Shown here: piece by piece, positions 1 to 11,640 of the stretch
Layout of the letters: each line of letters begins with the position of its first letter
Numbering within the stretch: position 1 is the first letter of the stretch
From: Lingula anatina
Lineage: Eukaryota > Animalia > Brachiopoda
Direction: 5' to 3'
NCBI GenBank assembly: GCA_051362555.1
Contig: CM120641.1
Location: 24,434,401-24,498,400, forward strand
Length of the DNA stretch: 64,000 bases
The notes under the pieces: model-generated
Told to the model about the DNA's origin: nothing
Database searches by the model: none
Seen by the model: the letters and a program-made list of their open reading frames with translations, nothing else
Position numbers and translations under genes: made by a program

Positions 1-66
1 GTAATATATCCACACTTTTGCCATAATATTTATGCTTTGTATAACAACCCTTGCTTTTTATTTTAG

Positions 67-3000
67 AACATTTTGTCAAAGCTGCAGGCCACATATGGAG
101 ATTTTTTGAGAGAGAAGTTAAGCAAATTGCCAGGGTTTACCAGAGCTGTGGAGGTGTACAGGGATTGGAGGGTAGGCCAGCAACACATTTTTTTTTTTGA
201 TTAGCATTTGTGTTAGAGACAGTACAATACATACTAACATACAGAGGAATTTTATGCATTTGTAATGGTTGGCTTTCGAGTTGTAAAATTCTTAACGTTT
301 GGGCTTTTTTAATCCAACCATTACTTCAACTATACTTAGTTTACAAGTGCAATTGCCAATCTATTCTCTGTTCTTTGAAGGCCAAGAAGAAAGCCACAGT
401 GTCTGACATGCGCACAGCCACCAATACTTGCCACAACTCTGTGAGCAGTGCTTTTCAGATGCTGCAACAGGTACAGAATTCATAAGTGGTCAATGTCTAA
501 AAGTGCCCTTTCAGTTGTGTATAGGCTAGTATATCACATATACATGCATGTACACATTTGTCCCTGTCATAATTGACACGGGCATGGGATGGGATGGGAA
601 TGTGGTAAAGCAGTGGTTATATTTTACATTTCAGCAAATAATGTTTCATTTCATCCAGTCAATCCATTTAGCACTGAGGGTTTGTATCATAATCCTGCCC
701 CAGGAAAAATGAGAACATTTGTGATCAGACCCATTTAATCAGGCCCAAAGCCATATAGGTTGAAAAGTCAAGAGGCAATCGAACCATGCCTAGCTGCTAT
801 GAAGGTCTAGGGGCAAGGCCTAGGACATCAGTTGTGAGATTTATAAGACTTTGGGGTGATTCGGGCCATTACAAGCTTTTAGCCTGCCTCCTGCTAGCTG
901 TTGGTCAAGTTGTAAAGCATTTAAATGGCTCTTTGAATGAATAGAGAGAACATTGAAAGTGTAGTGGACAAGGTGTATGCATGCTTAATGCATATTTTTG
1001 TACTTCAAACTCAAAAATTTTATATGTTTTATTTTGAACCAACATTCATATTATTGATTGCTGTGAGGGTTCCAGGTTTTTATCGTTTCCTATATGAGAT
1101 TTAATTAATATATATTATATATGATTTAATTAATATATATATTATATTATATTATATATTAATATATATATATTGATATATAATATAATATATTATATAT
1201 TAATATATATATATATATATGATTGCTCTTGTCACGTAGCAACTCGAGTTGGACAGTTCTTCGTCCAGTGAATGTCCCTCTGGATTAGTCAACCTTGACA
1301 CCCTGCTGTCCAGACTAGAACACAGGATTGCCGAAGAAATCAAAGTCTCAGATTGGGTAAGTTTTTTCAATTTTTCATTTAAATATTTAACAATTTCCCA
1401 AGCATTTGCATTCCTAATCCTAACAATATGCCACACCTGTCATGTTAGAATGATGCACTATGTTTTTTTTTTTTTTCTTCGCTTCAATCAGTTGGTACTT
1501 GTAAATGATTGCTAATCAAAAAGGTCCTGTTAAACAAAACTGAAGTCTTAGACCCTGTTCACATGAAAAATCTATTTTCTATTTGTGATATCTTGTGATC
1601 ACAACGAGCGCAGCCGAGAATTAATTACAGCTTTGGAAGTAACTGGCTCGCGCTGCCAGTAATTACGCCACGGGTATTCAGGGCACAGACTGTGATCACA
1701 AGATACCACGAATAGAAAATAGATTTTTAGAAAATAGATTTTTCATGTGAACGAAGCCTTAGTATAATATATTGTAAACCCAGATTTAAGATTTGTGTGA
1801 ATATTATCTCAACAGGACATTAAGTGATCCTCATCATAAACTTTGCAGTAGCTGTTCAGGGATGCTAGTTCTTTTTATTCCAGGAGCATTCCCCTGATGC
1901 CACAGTGGTGAGCACAATACTCCAGACTCTATTAGCTGCGGTGGAGGAGGAAAAGAAAGACATTGCCAAGTTGCGTGAGATGAAGTCGTACTACTCTAAG
2001 CTTCTGTATGACATAGAGCCTTGGCTCCTCAATAAACCAAGTGTGGAGGAGTTGACGAGAGTGAGAAAGATGATAAAAGCCCTTAAGTCCAGACTTCGTC
2101 ACAAGATTGCAGATCTTCATGATCTTGAGGATGTTAGTATTTGTAGTCACAGTGGATTCAGCAAAAATGACATTAGTTTCGTTTTTACAGTACCTCTTTT
2201 TCAGTGCCCTATAAATTCAACATATTAAAAATATTCAACAAATAAGAATACAGAGATGATTTTCTTCTTTAATTAAAAAAAATTTCCCTCACAAGGCGCC
2301 TTCTTTTTTTACTTTCAAGATTTTTATTGGTCTATTTGATTTCTAAAATAGTGGTTGTTGTGTCCTCCAAAGATGTTTTTTCTTTTCAAATTTACTAGTC
2401 CCACAAGAATTTTCTTTTATCATTTTATCCCTATTTTTCAAAATAGTTTTCACTTCGAGATCTGCATCACATATTGGGTATGATTGTGTTCCAGAGTGAC
2501 GAGAGCCAGGGAGATGAGTTACCTACTCTGCACAAACAGCTGGCAGAACTGAGACAACAACTGCATCAGGCATCAACAGAAGAGCAGGAAGAACTCGTAA
2601 GAGCAGTTTGATATCTTATTACATATAGGGAATGCCATTATTAATCAGAAAATGCCAAATTTAGTAGTCAAGCTAGTTGAATTCCGTTTTTTTTTTTAAG
2701 TTACGAAATTAAATTTTGTAAACCCTAAATGAAAATTTATCTTGTGATTTGAAATATATTGGGTATATTTTTCTTTAGTCCATATTATTTTTGATCATTC
2801 AGAATTTTAACCAAAATGTTTCTGCAATGTTTCATTTTAGCTCTCCAGGCAACATATTTTAGTTTTATTTGTCACTTCATAAAAACATTTTCACTAGAAC
2901 CTGTTCAGTGTTTTTAAATTATTTTGTCTTTTTAGGCAATACTAGCAGACTTGAGCAAGAACAGTTTTCCAGAATTGAACTTGGAATACCCAGAATTTGG

Positions 3001-6000
3001 TATTAAAAATTATGTGGTAAGTTTTCCTATGGCATACCTTAGTAAAAGACAAGGCATTTCAATTTGAAATCTGCAAAGAATAAATACACTGTATCTCTTG
3101 TGCCATTAACATTGCCATTTTAATTTGCCTAAATGGTAATTTTATCCATTTTATATCATTTTCATTGTGCTATAGGAAAAAGCACATTTTCAGTATTTGT
3201 TTTCTTTACGATATTATTATTAAGTAAAATTTTGCTTAACCTTACAACACTTTTTCAGACTGCATTTTTTTAATACGAGACATAACTAATATAAAATAGT
3301 AAGTTTTGCATTTAACATTTTAATTAATTTTTTTTTCAAGTAAATATCAGTTTGTTTCTCTTCATTTTTCAGAAGTAAAGATAAGTTTTTCACATGCCAC
3401 ATATGATAATGGTAAAATAATGGAATTATTTTATGTATAACTACATGTAACTCTCCTCACCAGGATTATGATGGTTTAGTTCTCCTTGGCTGTGACACAA
3501 CACACTTTGACATGGTTGCAGTGAAGGATAGTGCCACTGTATTTAAAACAACATTCAGTGGTAGAGATGCTGTACTGAGAGTAAGTGCCTTAATATGGAT
3601 GGAGCTGTTCTGCCTTTTGCATGTGTTTGTGTGTGTGTATGATACTTTACATAAGTAAATGCTACTTGGTTTTCTTAATATCCACATCTATATAATAGGC
3701 TAACAAATTACTAAACTGCTTTTTTAGTTATTAGTATAAAGAATTCGACACTTGGAATAGTTGTGTTAATTCATCATGCTTTTAATTCATATATTTATAT
3801 ATGATCATTAAAATTTGATATATTGCAAAATTCTGGTGTTGATGTGTATATATTACATGTACATATTTCTATTTTGTTTTCCTCAGGAGTATATAGTAGG
3901 TAGTCATGGAGGGGGAAGCCAAGAAGAGTTCCTGAAGAAAGCAAAGGACTACAAAGCCTTGGGTAGTGGCAGACTGGTGCCTTTGGAAGCCATCTTCTTT
4001 CAGAAGGTAATGACATAGTTTAATGGAGCTGAACTTTAAAAAAAAAAGTATTGACAACAGCAACAGTTTTGTAAATGCACTTCAGACCAAAAGATTATCT
4101 TAACTTTAAAACAAAAGATTGTGGTCCTCACTTTAGGGTAAATCCCTAGTAGTCCCCTGCAGTTAAGTAATTACTAGTCTAGGACATAGGGCATTTATTT
4201 TAATTTTGTCAAAGGGACACAATATATTTGGGATACTTTTAGTTTAACTTGGTCCAGTCAAAGGAGACTGAAAATATTTTATAACTATTTTCTGTGATAC
4301 TTTTGTGAGACTGGAATAGGATCTGATTTGCAAGTATGTGCTCTACTAGTATGTATTGGAGTCCTTGCACCATTTAACATTTTCAAACACCATATCTTAC
4401 ACTGAAAAAACTTGTAATTGTTATCTATGAGATGCTTCAGAAACCTGCTGGTGATGATCTTTCACTGTTTCAGAATGGGTGCCAGTGCTTTGCCAGAACT
4501 CCTTACTATAAGTTGAATGCTGGAGGTTTGTCTGCTAAAGGAGAGGCCTCTACAGAGGTGAATAAAAGATTATAATGATAATAATAATACTTAAAATTTT
4601 TATTAATTTTGCTTAATGGATACAGGACCTCAAAATGCACAGTGCAGTTTTTGTTCATTCAAGGTTTTGAACAGGGTTGTTCTGTGTCATAATAATGTTG
4701 TGTCAAGATTATAAGCATATTACATTATGCAGATCAAATCGGGGAAACTTCATTTTACCTATTTTAAGTGCTTCCACCATGCATATTATTCATGCAGGTT
4801 ATCCGTATTCGTTGACTGAGGATGCAAAAATTAAGACACCAATTCCTTGCTCAGCACAGTTGCTATATTTTTAGGCTTTCTACAAGCTCCTGTATGGTGC
4901 TCTGGAAGGACTGTGTGTATTACATGGTGCTGGACTGGTGCATGGTGCCCTCCATCCAGAGAATGTCTTCATTGGGGAGGATGGCTATGGTGTCCTAGAC
5001 TTCAACTGGAGCCTGACACCAGTAAGTGGAGCATCAGTAAGATTATATTAAAGAATACAAGAACTGGATGGGGAAGATTGGCCAATTTTAGTGAAGATGT
5101 CAGTCTAGATATTAGGGACCATTCCCACATATATTTAGATGGATCTATCTCCCTGGGGAGTCTCACTAAATTGCTATCAATGTAATCTGCTTAAATGTCT
5201 GACACACCTAGTAAAGCTGATTCAGTAGGCGTGACAGACAGTTAAGTTGATTGCAATTTAGTGAGACTCCCCAGGGAGTTAGACTGATCCAGATGGATCG
5301 ATCTAGGCATGGGAACCCAGTCTTAGTCTGGGGCAACTGACCATGGCATAGTGTAGAACTATATGAAAATTTGATAATTTTTAAGTTTTACTGTTGTGTG
5401 AGTAAACTGGATTTTAAAAAATGGAATGTTTTACTATAGTCTGTAATTTTTTTTTCTTGTAAAAGATTGTTAATTTGCATGACGTGCTTTATCTTGTCTT
5501 GAATGTAACCCAGGAGGGAAGGGGGTACTTTTGCCATATAGTATCTCAATGTTACAAAGATTTAGTAACACCTGTTTTTCCAGGAGCAGCGTGCTGGAAC
5601 TGTGAAGACATTCTCCAATGGGTTGAAGTTTTGCCCCCCAGAGATGAAGCCTGGTGACCCACCCACCATGCAGGGGGATCTCTACTGCTTTGGACTGCTG
5701 ATACTTTGGGTAACACATAGATTTTCTCTCTATTTAGGTCTGTTGTTGGATTATAACATGCTGATACTTTTGAGTAATTTATTGATTTTCTATCTATTTG
5801 ACAGTGATGCAGTGCAAACTTACAGGACTTTCATTACTTAATCCAGAGTTATATATATGTATTTCCTGTTCAAAAGGTTTTTGTATAGCAAATATGTGTT
5901 TTCCAGTGATTTTTTTCCAAACAACTCTTAACATAAGCCTGCTGTAAGTATGTAAGATTTGTACCACCAGTTTTCATCCTATTTTCGTTTCAGCTTCATT

Positions 6001-8396
6001 TTCCAGAGGTAAACATGAGTGCAGTAGACAGTGATGGAGTTCAGTATATACCTGCATATGGTGTGGTAGGTCAACCACCCCAATACTCAGAAATGATTTT
6101 GGGTTGTAAGATAAAAACTAAGTAGACAGAATGGCCTCAATGATGGCCTTACAACTCGATGGACTGGGGGCTGTTTGTAAGTCAGAAAACTGTCTTGAAA
6201 AATATGAGATTTCCAATTACAGTGGGGAGGGGGGGGGGGGGGGGAGAAACATCTCTGAACCCACAATCTACAAAGAAAAGATATTAACTGTAAAGAGTGA
6301 GTAATGCAAGTAACTTGGAATTTGTTTATAAAAATTTACAAGATATTTTCTTCTTTTTTCACTATTGTAACTAAACAATTTTAAGATATGGCATTTGGGC
6401 ATTTAAATAATTTCTAGAATACTTTTGTATGTCTTAATTTTTTATGACAAATTGTTATGCAAAAAAGCATTTATATTTCAAGTCTTCCCCGGTGAAAATG
6501 AATGCTGTCTTTCTGAAATAGTAAATTGAATTTTGTAAAGGTCATATGTAATGTGCCAAGTAAAGTCTTAAGACTGCATTCACTATAACATTCACTCATA
6601 CAATCACCCCAGCAGGCTATAGTTAAAACATGAAATACATGACAAGATGAACATATTACGGTATTATATCTTTGGTCCTTTCTCAATGTCACTTCTTGAT
6701 CATAGTAATAGTTTCTTTAAAACAACAGCTATAAATGGTTTGGGTCATTGTATACCATACTGAAAATCTCTCAACTGAATTTCCTTTGAGTAATTGGTCT
6801 TCTGGTTGTTAGACCCCCACCTTGAAGTTGGTACTGGAGGCAGTGCTGCAGAGAAATCCTGCACAGAGAGCTACAGCAGAGAGACTGCTTCAAAGTGACT
6901 TTTTCACAGAAACGCCCCTAGTAAACTCTGAGGAATTTGAACCAGAGACATTGCAGCTTAGGCGAGTAAAAATTAATAACTTTACATTTATATGAATACA
7001 GATTTTCTTTATTTTATTATATATTTATTTGGTGCCCTGTTGTCAAAAACTTGACCAGCATCAAAGAGTGTAAAATAAGTGGCAGTAATGAAGCTCGTAA
7101 CACTTTTGTGAGAATGATAATTAATTGCATCAGAGTCAACTACTTCATTCTTATTATAGTTTTATATTATGAAATAAAAAAAAAGGAGTATTGAACAAGA
7201 CTTTACAATACCAGGCCCAGGGGGTTGTCCCCATCCCCCACCAGTCAGGGAAAGGGAATACTGAAGAATGGGACAGCCAAGCTTCAGAGACCAGAGGTTG
7301 TAGAAATTAAGATGTGGAAGTCTGACATAGATGTCACTGCGATTCCCCTGCCTATAGAGAGTGACAGCCAGGAATCCTTTACAGTGAGTAATATATTGGC
7401 TGGTATGTGTTTAGCTTTGTGCAGTAGAAAATTTTAGACTTCATTATGGCAATTTATGGGAAAAAGCACTACTGTACCAGTACAATTGCCTAACGTTTAT
7501 GCTAAAGTCTGACATAAAATTGTCTTCATTTGTACAAGTGCCCATCATTGCTTTAGATTAAAAAGAAAAAGCAAGTGGGAATTATTTTATAGATGAGGAA
7601 AATATTGTATATATGCAGGATTTTCTCTTTTTTTATGTTATCCTTAAACTATGTAGAACTAGAGAAGTTAAATTTTATCTTTTTTATTTGTATCTTTTCA
7701 GTATGTTTTTTCTTGTGGGTTTGTGAAAATGTGATTTAATAACTGTTTAATTACTGAACATGTTTTATTTTGCAATAAGTACTGATTGATTATATAATAC
7801 CAAAAAGTATGGGGAAGTTTGGCATTGATGCAGTACTACATCTGTGAAAGCTCTATGCATTCATTTATAATATTTATTTATAAGACTTCATAATCCGTCT
7901 TATTACAGGAACAAATGGATACTGAGCAGATATCATTCAAGTCTGTGGATATCAAAACAGGTACAATGTCAATGCTATATACATGTGTTAAACACATTTT
8001 TTTTTCTCTTTCATTAAGATAGTGTTGACCCAAAGTAATATGCACAGACTATTCCAGCTAGAAGAGTGCTCTTAAAACAAATACATTTAAACTAAACATA
8101 TTTGCAGTATTTATTAACAAACAGATCAAAAATATGAGAGATATCTGAACATTATACTAAATAGTCAACATTATACCATCCTGTATAGTACAAAAAATAG
8201 ACAAAAATAAAAAATCAAATTATGAATTGATTTCAAGATAAAAAGGAGTGGATACAAAAGTAATATAGCCCTGTTATTGAAAAAATGTTGAATATGATGT
8301 CACTTTTCAGAAGAAAACCGAGCAGCAGATGGTGGTAATGTTACACCCACAGGCGATTTAGACATTTTTCCAACCAAAATAGCACACAGAAACTAA
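67..8396 (+). CDS. STK31: STK31/TDRD8-like protein, 3' part (coiled coil + C-terminal pseudokinase); 5' Tudor exons presumably lie upstream of the window
   Basis: Phase-compatible exons: 67-153, 381-470, 1240-1356, 1884-2132, 2495-2596, 2936-3016, 3464-3580, 3887-4006, 4474-4557, 4875-5021, 5584-5709, 5994-6065, 6813-6961, 7215-7383, 7909-7960, 8311-8396 (TAA). Translation includes WLLNKPSVEELTRVRKMIKALKSRLRHK, FPELNLEYPEFGI, GLCVLHGAGLVHGALHPENVF and PEMKPGDPPTMQGDLYCFGLLILW. These match vertebrate STK31 as I recall it (FPELPLLHPEIGL, HGSLHQNNVF, SDLYAYGCLLLW). The last three exons are less certain. Confidence 0.82.
1100..1220. repeat. TA-rich low-complexity / (TA)n microsatellite
   Basis: Run of imperfect TA dinucleotides directly visible in an STK31 intron. 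Confidence 0.9.
1551..1758. mobile_element. PIF/Harbinger (Tourist-like) MITE, family A, degenerate copy
   Basis: Ends GACCCTGTTCACATG...CATGTGAACGAAGCC, flanked by TTA (1548-1550) and TTA (1759-1761). Shares internal sequence (AACTGGCTCGCGCTGCCAGTAATTACGC) with the copies at 10296 and 30386. Confidence 0.85.
5115..5322. mobile_element. MITE family B
   Basis: TTA on both sides. Internal inverted repeat CTCCCTGGGGAGTCTCACTAAATTGC...GCAATTTAGTGAGACTCCCCAGGGAG. Related copies at 9881-10093 and 22349-22604. Confidence 0.75.
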
Positions 8397-9861
8397 AAAG
8401 ATGAAGAAAAATCACATCTGAAATTGCAGTGTCCAAAGGGAACTTTTGGGCCTCTTGTCTTTATCTCTGGGGCCTATTTCACAAAAGGAGTCTTATTCTG
8501 CTAGGTCATGTTTTAAAGTTCTCTAAATTGCAATCTATTGAAGGTTTGTTTTGGTCTTTTAACCAAGCCCCAAGAATAAGTCATGCTCGTTTTGACAATG
8601 ATTATTGCTCTCATTGGTGGCATTAGCCTATTTAGTTATGTCAGCCAAATTTATTGACGACTTTTGTTCATTTTACACACCAAGACCAATATTCTCATAA
8701 GTGAACTTTACATATAGTTAAATGTACTGGTATATCATTTCAGTGGTTTTGGATTAGTCTTCAGTTTTTGAAAAAAAAGGTATATCTTGTTAAAGCCCTT
8801 TGTTATATTAGAACAGGGATATCAACTCAGGATTTTAAAAGTTGATACGTTAAGTTTTTAAGCAAGTTGTAATGTTGAATTAATTATTTTAATCTTGTCT
8901 AAATTGCATTTTCCACTCAAGAAGTACACGTGGTTTCCAACTTTTAAGAAGACAACTTTCTGTTGAATAGATTGTTGAAATAAAAATATTTCAGGAACTT
9001 GGCAGTTACATTCACTGTTTCCTTCTGCCAATAATAGACCTTTGCCCCAAGATTTTGTATTTGCAAACAGTTCTAGGTCTGGAAAAAATTTGCAAAAGTT
9101 TTGCATTGTAAATGAACGTTTTGTACACCAGCTTTGACCATAGTACTTAAACATAACCATATGTGCTTTTTGTACCAGTATTTTTTTGTGTGTGTGTTAA
9201 GATTTCATGGTAAAATAAAACGTTAGAAAGCATTTTTCTTTTTGAATCAAATTAAGTACTTTCCAAAAAGGATGGAACATTTATAAAGGGTTTCATTTAC
9301 AATGATGACAAAATGCTAGGAGCTGAATTTCAATAAACCTGTCCTGAAGCACAGAAAGTAAGCAGAAAATATCCTTTCAAAGGGCAATATATACAATATC
9401 TTTTGCTATTTCTGTAAGTTATACTATTTGAAACTATATGTGAGCATTTGGGTGCCTTTTGTGGCAAAAACTTCAATCGTATCTGTACACATCCGAGTGG
9501 GAGAAACCAATAATGTTCCTAGTAGCTAATAATATGGGTCAAAACTTTTTGCCCATCATAAAATTTCATTTTGATAACTATAACACCACTGTTAGGTTCA
9601 GGTTAAGAGACAAAATATAAAAGAATCTTGATTTATAGAGCTTCTCTTCACTGGATTAACTGTTGACATCATGGCAACATCTAAATTGCCTTACATGTTA
9701 CTAGCTAGTACAAATTTCATAACTAGAACAATGAATCCTCAAAAAGTTATTTCTACAGTATATGATCATCTCAATGCAAGTTAGCAACATTTTAGTCCCC
9801 TTTCTATTAGCTTCTATTCACTTTTGAATTAAAACCAACAATTAAATGCTCTGAAGACTTG

Positions 9862-10292
9862 GGGTGTGTTCAGAAAATAAGACCCCATTCCCAGAAATTA
9901 GATCGATTTAACTAGATCGACATAACTCCCTGGGGGTTCACGCTATATAGCTGTCAGCCGAGCAGGCACAAAAGTTAATTACCCCCCTTACAGCTTGAAG
10001 TAGTAATGACGGACATTTTAGCCGTATTATCTGACAGTAATCTAGAGACTCCCCACGGGGATAGATCGACCTAAAATCTATGAGAATGCACCCTAAGTTA
10101 TCATACAAGCAGGACAGATCTATCTCAGCAGGTTTCTATTTCCTAGACAACATGAACAATATCATGGACCACTAGTTTTTCCTGAATCTTCCCGAGCACT
10201 TTAAGTTATAAGGGGGCATGCCAGGCAATTAGAATCCCCCCCTAAGCTACACTGATCCTGCTGGTATGCTAACATCTATTTTGAACACAGCC
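9862..10292. mobile_element. MITE family C, interrupted by a nested family-B MITE
   Basis: After removing 9881-10096 the left arm GGGTGTGTTCAGAAAATAAGTTATCATACAAGCAGGA pairs with the reverse complement of the right arm TCCTGCTGGTATGCTAACATCTATTTTGAACACAGCC. Confidence 0.7.
9881..10093. mobile_element. MITE family B, nested copy
   Basis: TAA at 9878-9880 and 10094-10096. Ends GACCCCATTCCCAG...TGAGAATGCACCC; internal CTCCCTGGGG / GAGACTCCCCACGGGG arms as in the 5115 copy. Confidence 0.7.
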
Positions 10293-10295
10293 TTA

Positions 10296-10562
10296 GGCTT
10301 CGTTCACATGCAATGTCTATTTTCTAAATTCTATTTTCTATTCGCGCTATCTTATGATCACGGTCTGTGCACTGAATATCCCGCCGCGTAATTACTGGCA
10401 GCGCGAGCCAGTTACTTATAGTAACTTATAGTAACTTATAGTAACTGGCTCGCGCTGCCAGTAATTACGCGGTGGGATATTCAGTGCACAGACCGTGATC
10501 ATAAGACATGCCGCAAATAGAAAATAGAATTTAGAAAATAGACATTGCATGTGAACGAAGCC
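10296..10562. mobile_element. PIF/Harbinger (Tourist-like) MITE, family A, near-perfect palindrome
   Basis: TIR GGCTTCGTTCACATGCAATGTCTATTTTCTAAA; the whole element is a roughly 125-bp-arm inverted repeat around tandem ACTTATAGTA units. TTA duplicated at 10293-10295 and 10563-10565. A 3-bp TTA/TAA TSD is typical of PIF/Harbinger. Confidence 0.92.
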
Positions 10563-11004
10563 TTAGTCCCAGGCAACTAAATTAATTTTTGCTAGTGGTT
10601 CAAACAAAACTAATCTATGTCACTTCCTTCTAACTCTGCAATGAAAAAAGCCACATATACAGTTTAAAAATTATTTCTGAATCACTGGTGATTAAAAAAA
10701 ACTGCATTTGGGAAACAACAGAAATGTACACTTCTGTGTCCATTTGATTAGACTTCTCAAAGCAAAACGTAATTACAATGATCTGATTAAAATCAAAACC
10801 CAAGTTTCTTGTAGACTTGATTAAGAAAGCAGGTATGCTACTCCTCAAATTGCACTACAAAGGGCTTATTAAACAACAAACTTATCTGAGAATGCAGTGG
10901 CTCCATCATAATATCATGGCACTACTAAAACAGTTTATATACTATATCAAAGTGTACTAAAAACTCCACCAACATTTATAAAGTGTCTTTTTCAACACAT
11001 CTTG

Positions 11005-11293
11005 GGCCCCATTCAGAATAGATGATCCGAGTACCAACTGATCCGCCGACTAAATATGGCAGACCACACTTCAAAAGAGATGCTGCTTATTCCTGATGGC
11101 CTACCCAACTCCACACGCACCATTAAATGGATTAAATCTTGGCTCCAAGGTTTAATTGCTAGGCCCCCTGCAGCAATGGCCCATGTGGAGGCAGGGGACC
11201 ATCAAGAATCAGTGGCCTCTCTTTTGAAGTGTGGTTGGCCACATTTAGTCAGTGGATCAGTTAGTACTAAGGTCACCTATTCTGAATGGGGCC
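11005..11293. mobile_element. MITE family D
   Basis: TIRs GGCCCCATTCAGAATAG...CTATTCTGAATGGGGCC with long imperfect inverted arms; flanks TTG/TTA. Shares TAAATATGGC.GACC and TTTAATTG blocks with 17059-17350. Confidence 0.75.
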
Positions 11294-11640
11294 TTATGCT
11301 CACAATTGCTAGACATTGGGAGCCAATGTTCAGATGTTTTGCCTACCACTATTATAAGTAAAGCTACATGTACAAGTACACGCATACAACAGAGCCACAG
11401 CATGCACCCACACATAAACAGCCATGATATGCATGCAAACACATGTACACAAGCCTAATTACCAACACAGAGTGGACAAATGCACACAAATACACATGCA
11501 AATTTAGATGGCTAAAAACTTGAATATCAGTCTTATGAGATACAGTACAAGGATGAGAAGTAACACCTGCACTGAAAAGGCACATGAAATTACCTAACCA
11601 AACAAACAATTTGTAACAGCCAATGGAGCTACGGAGTTTC

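Noticed and set aside
11056-11361. 101-aa ORF on the plus strand
   Set aside because: It lies largely within a palindromic MITE and has no recognisable protein features.
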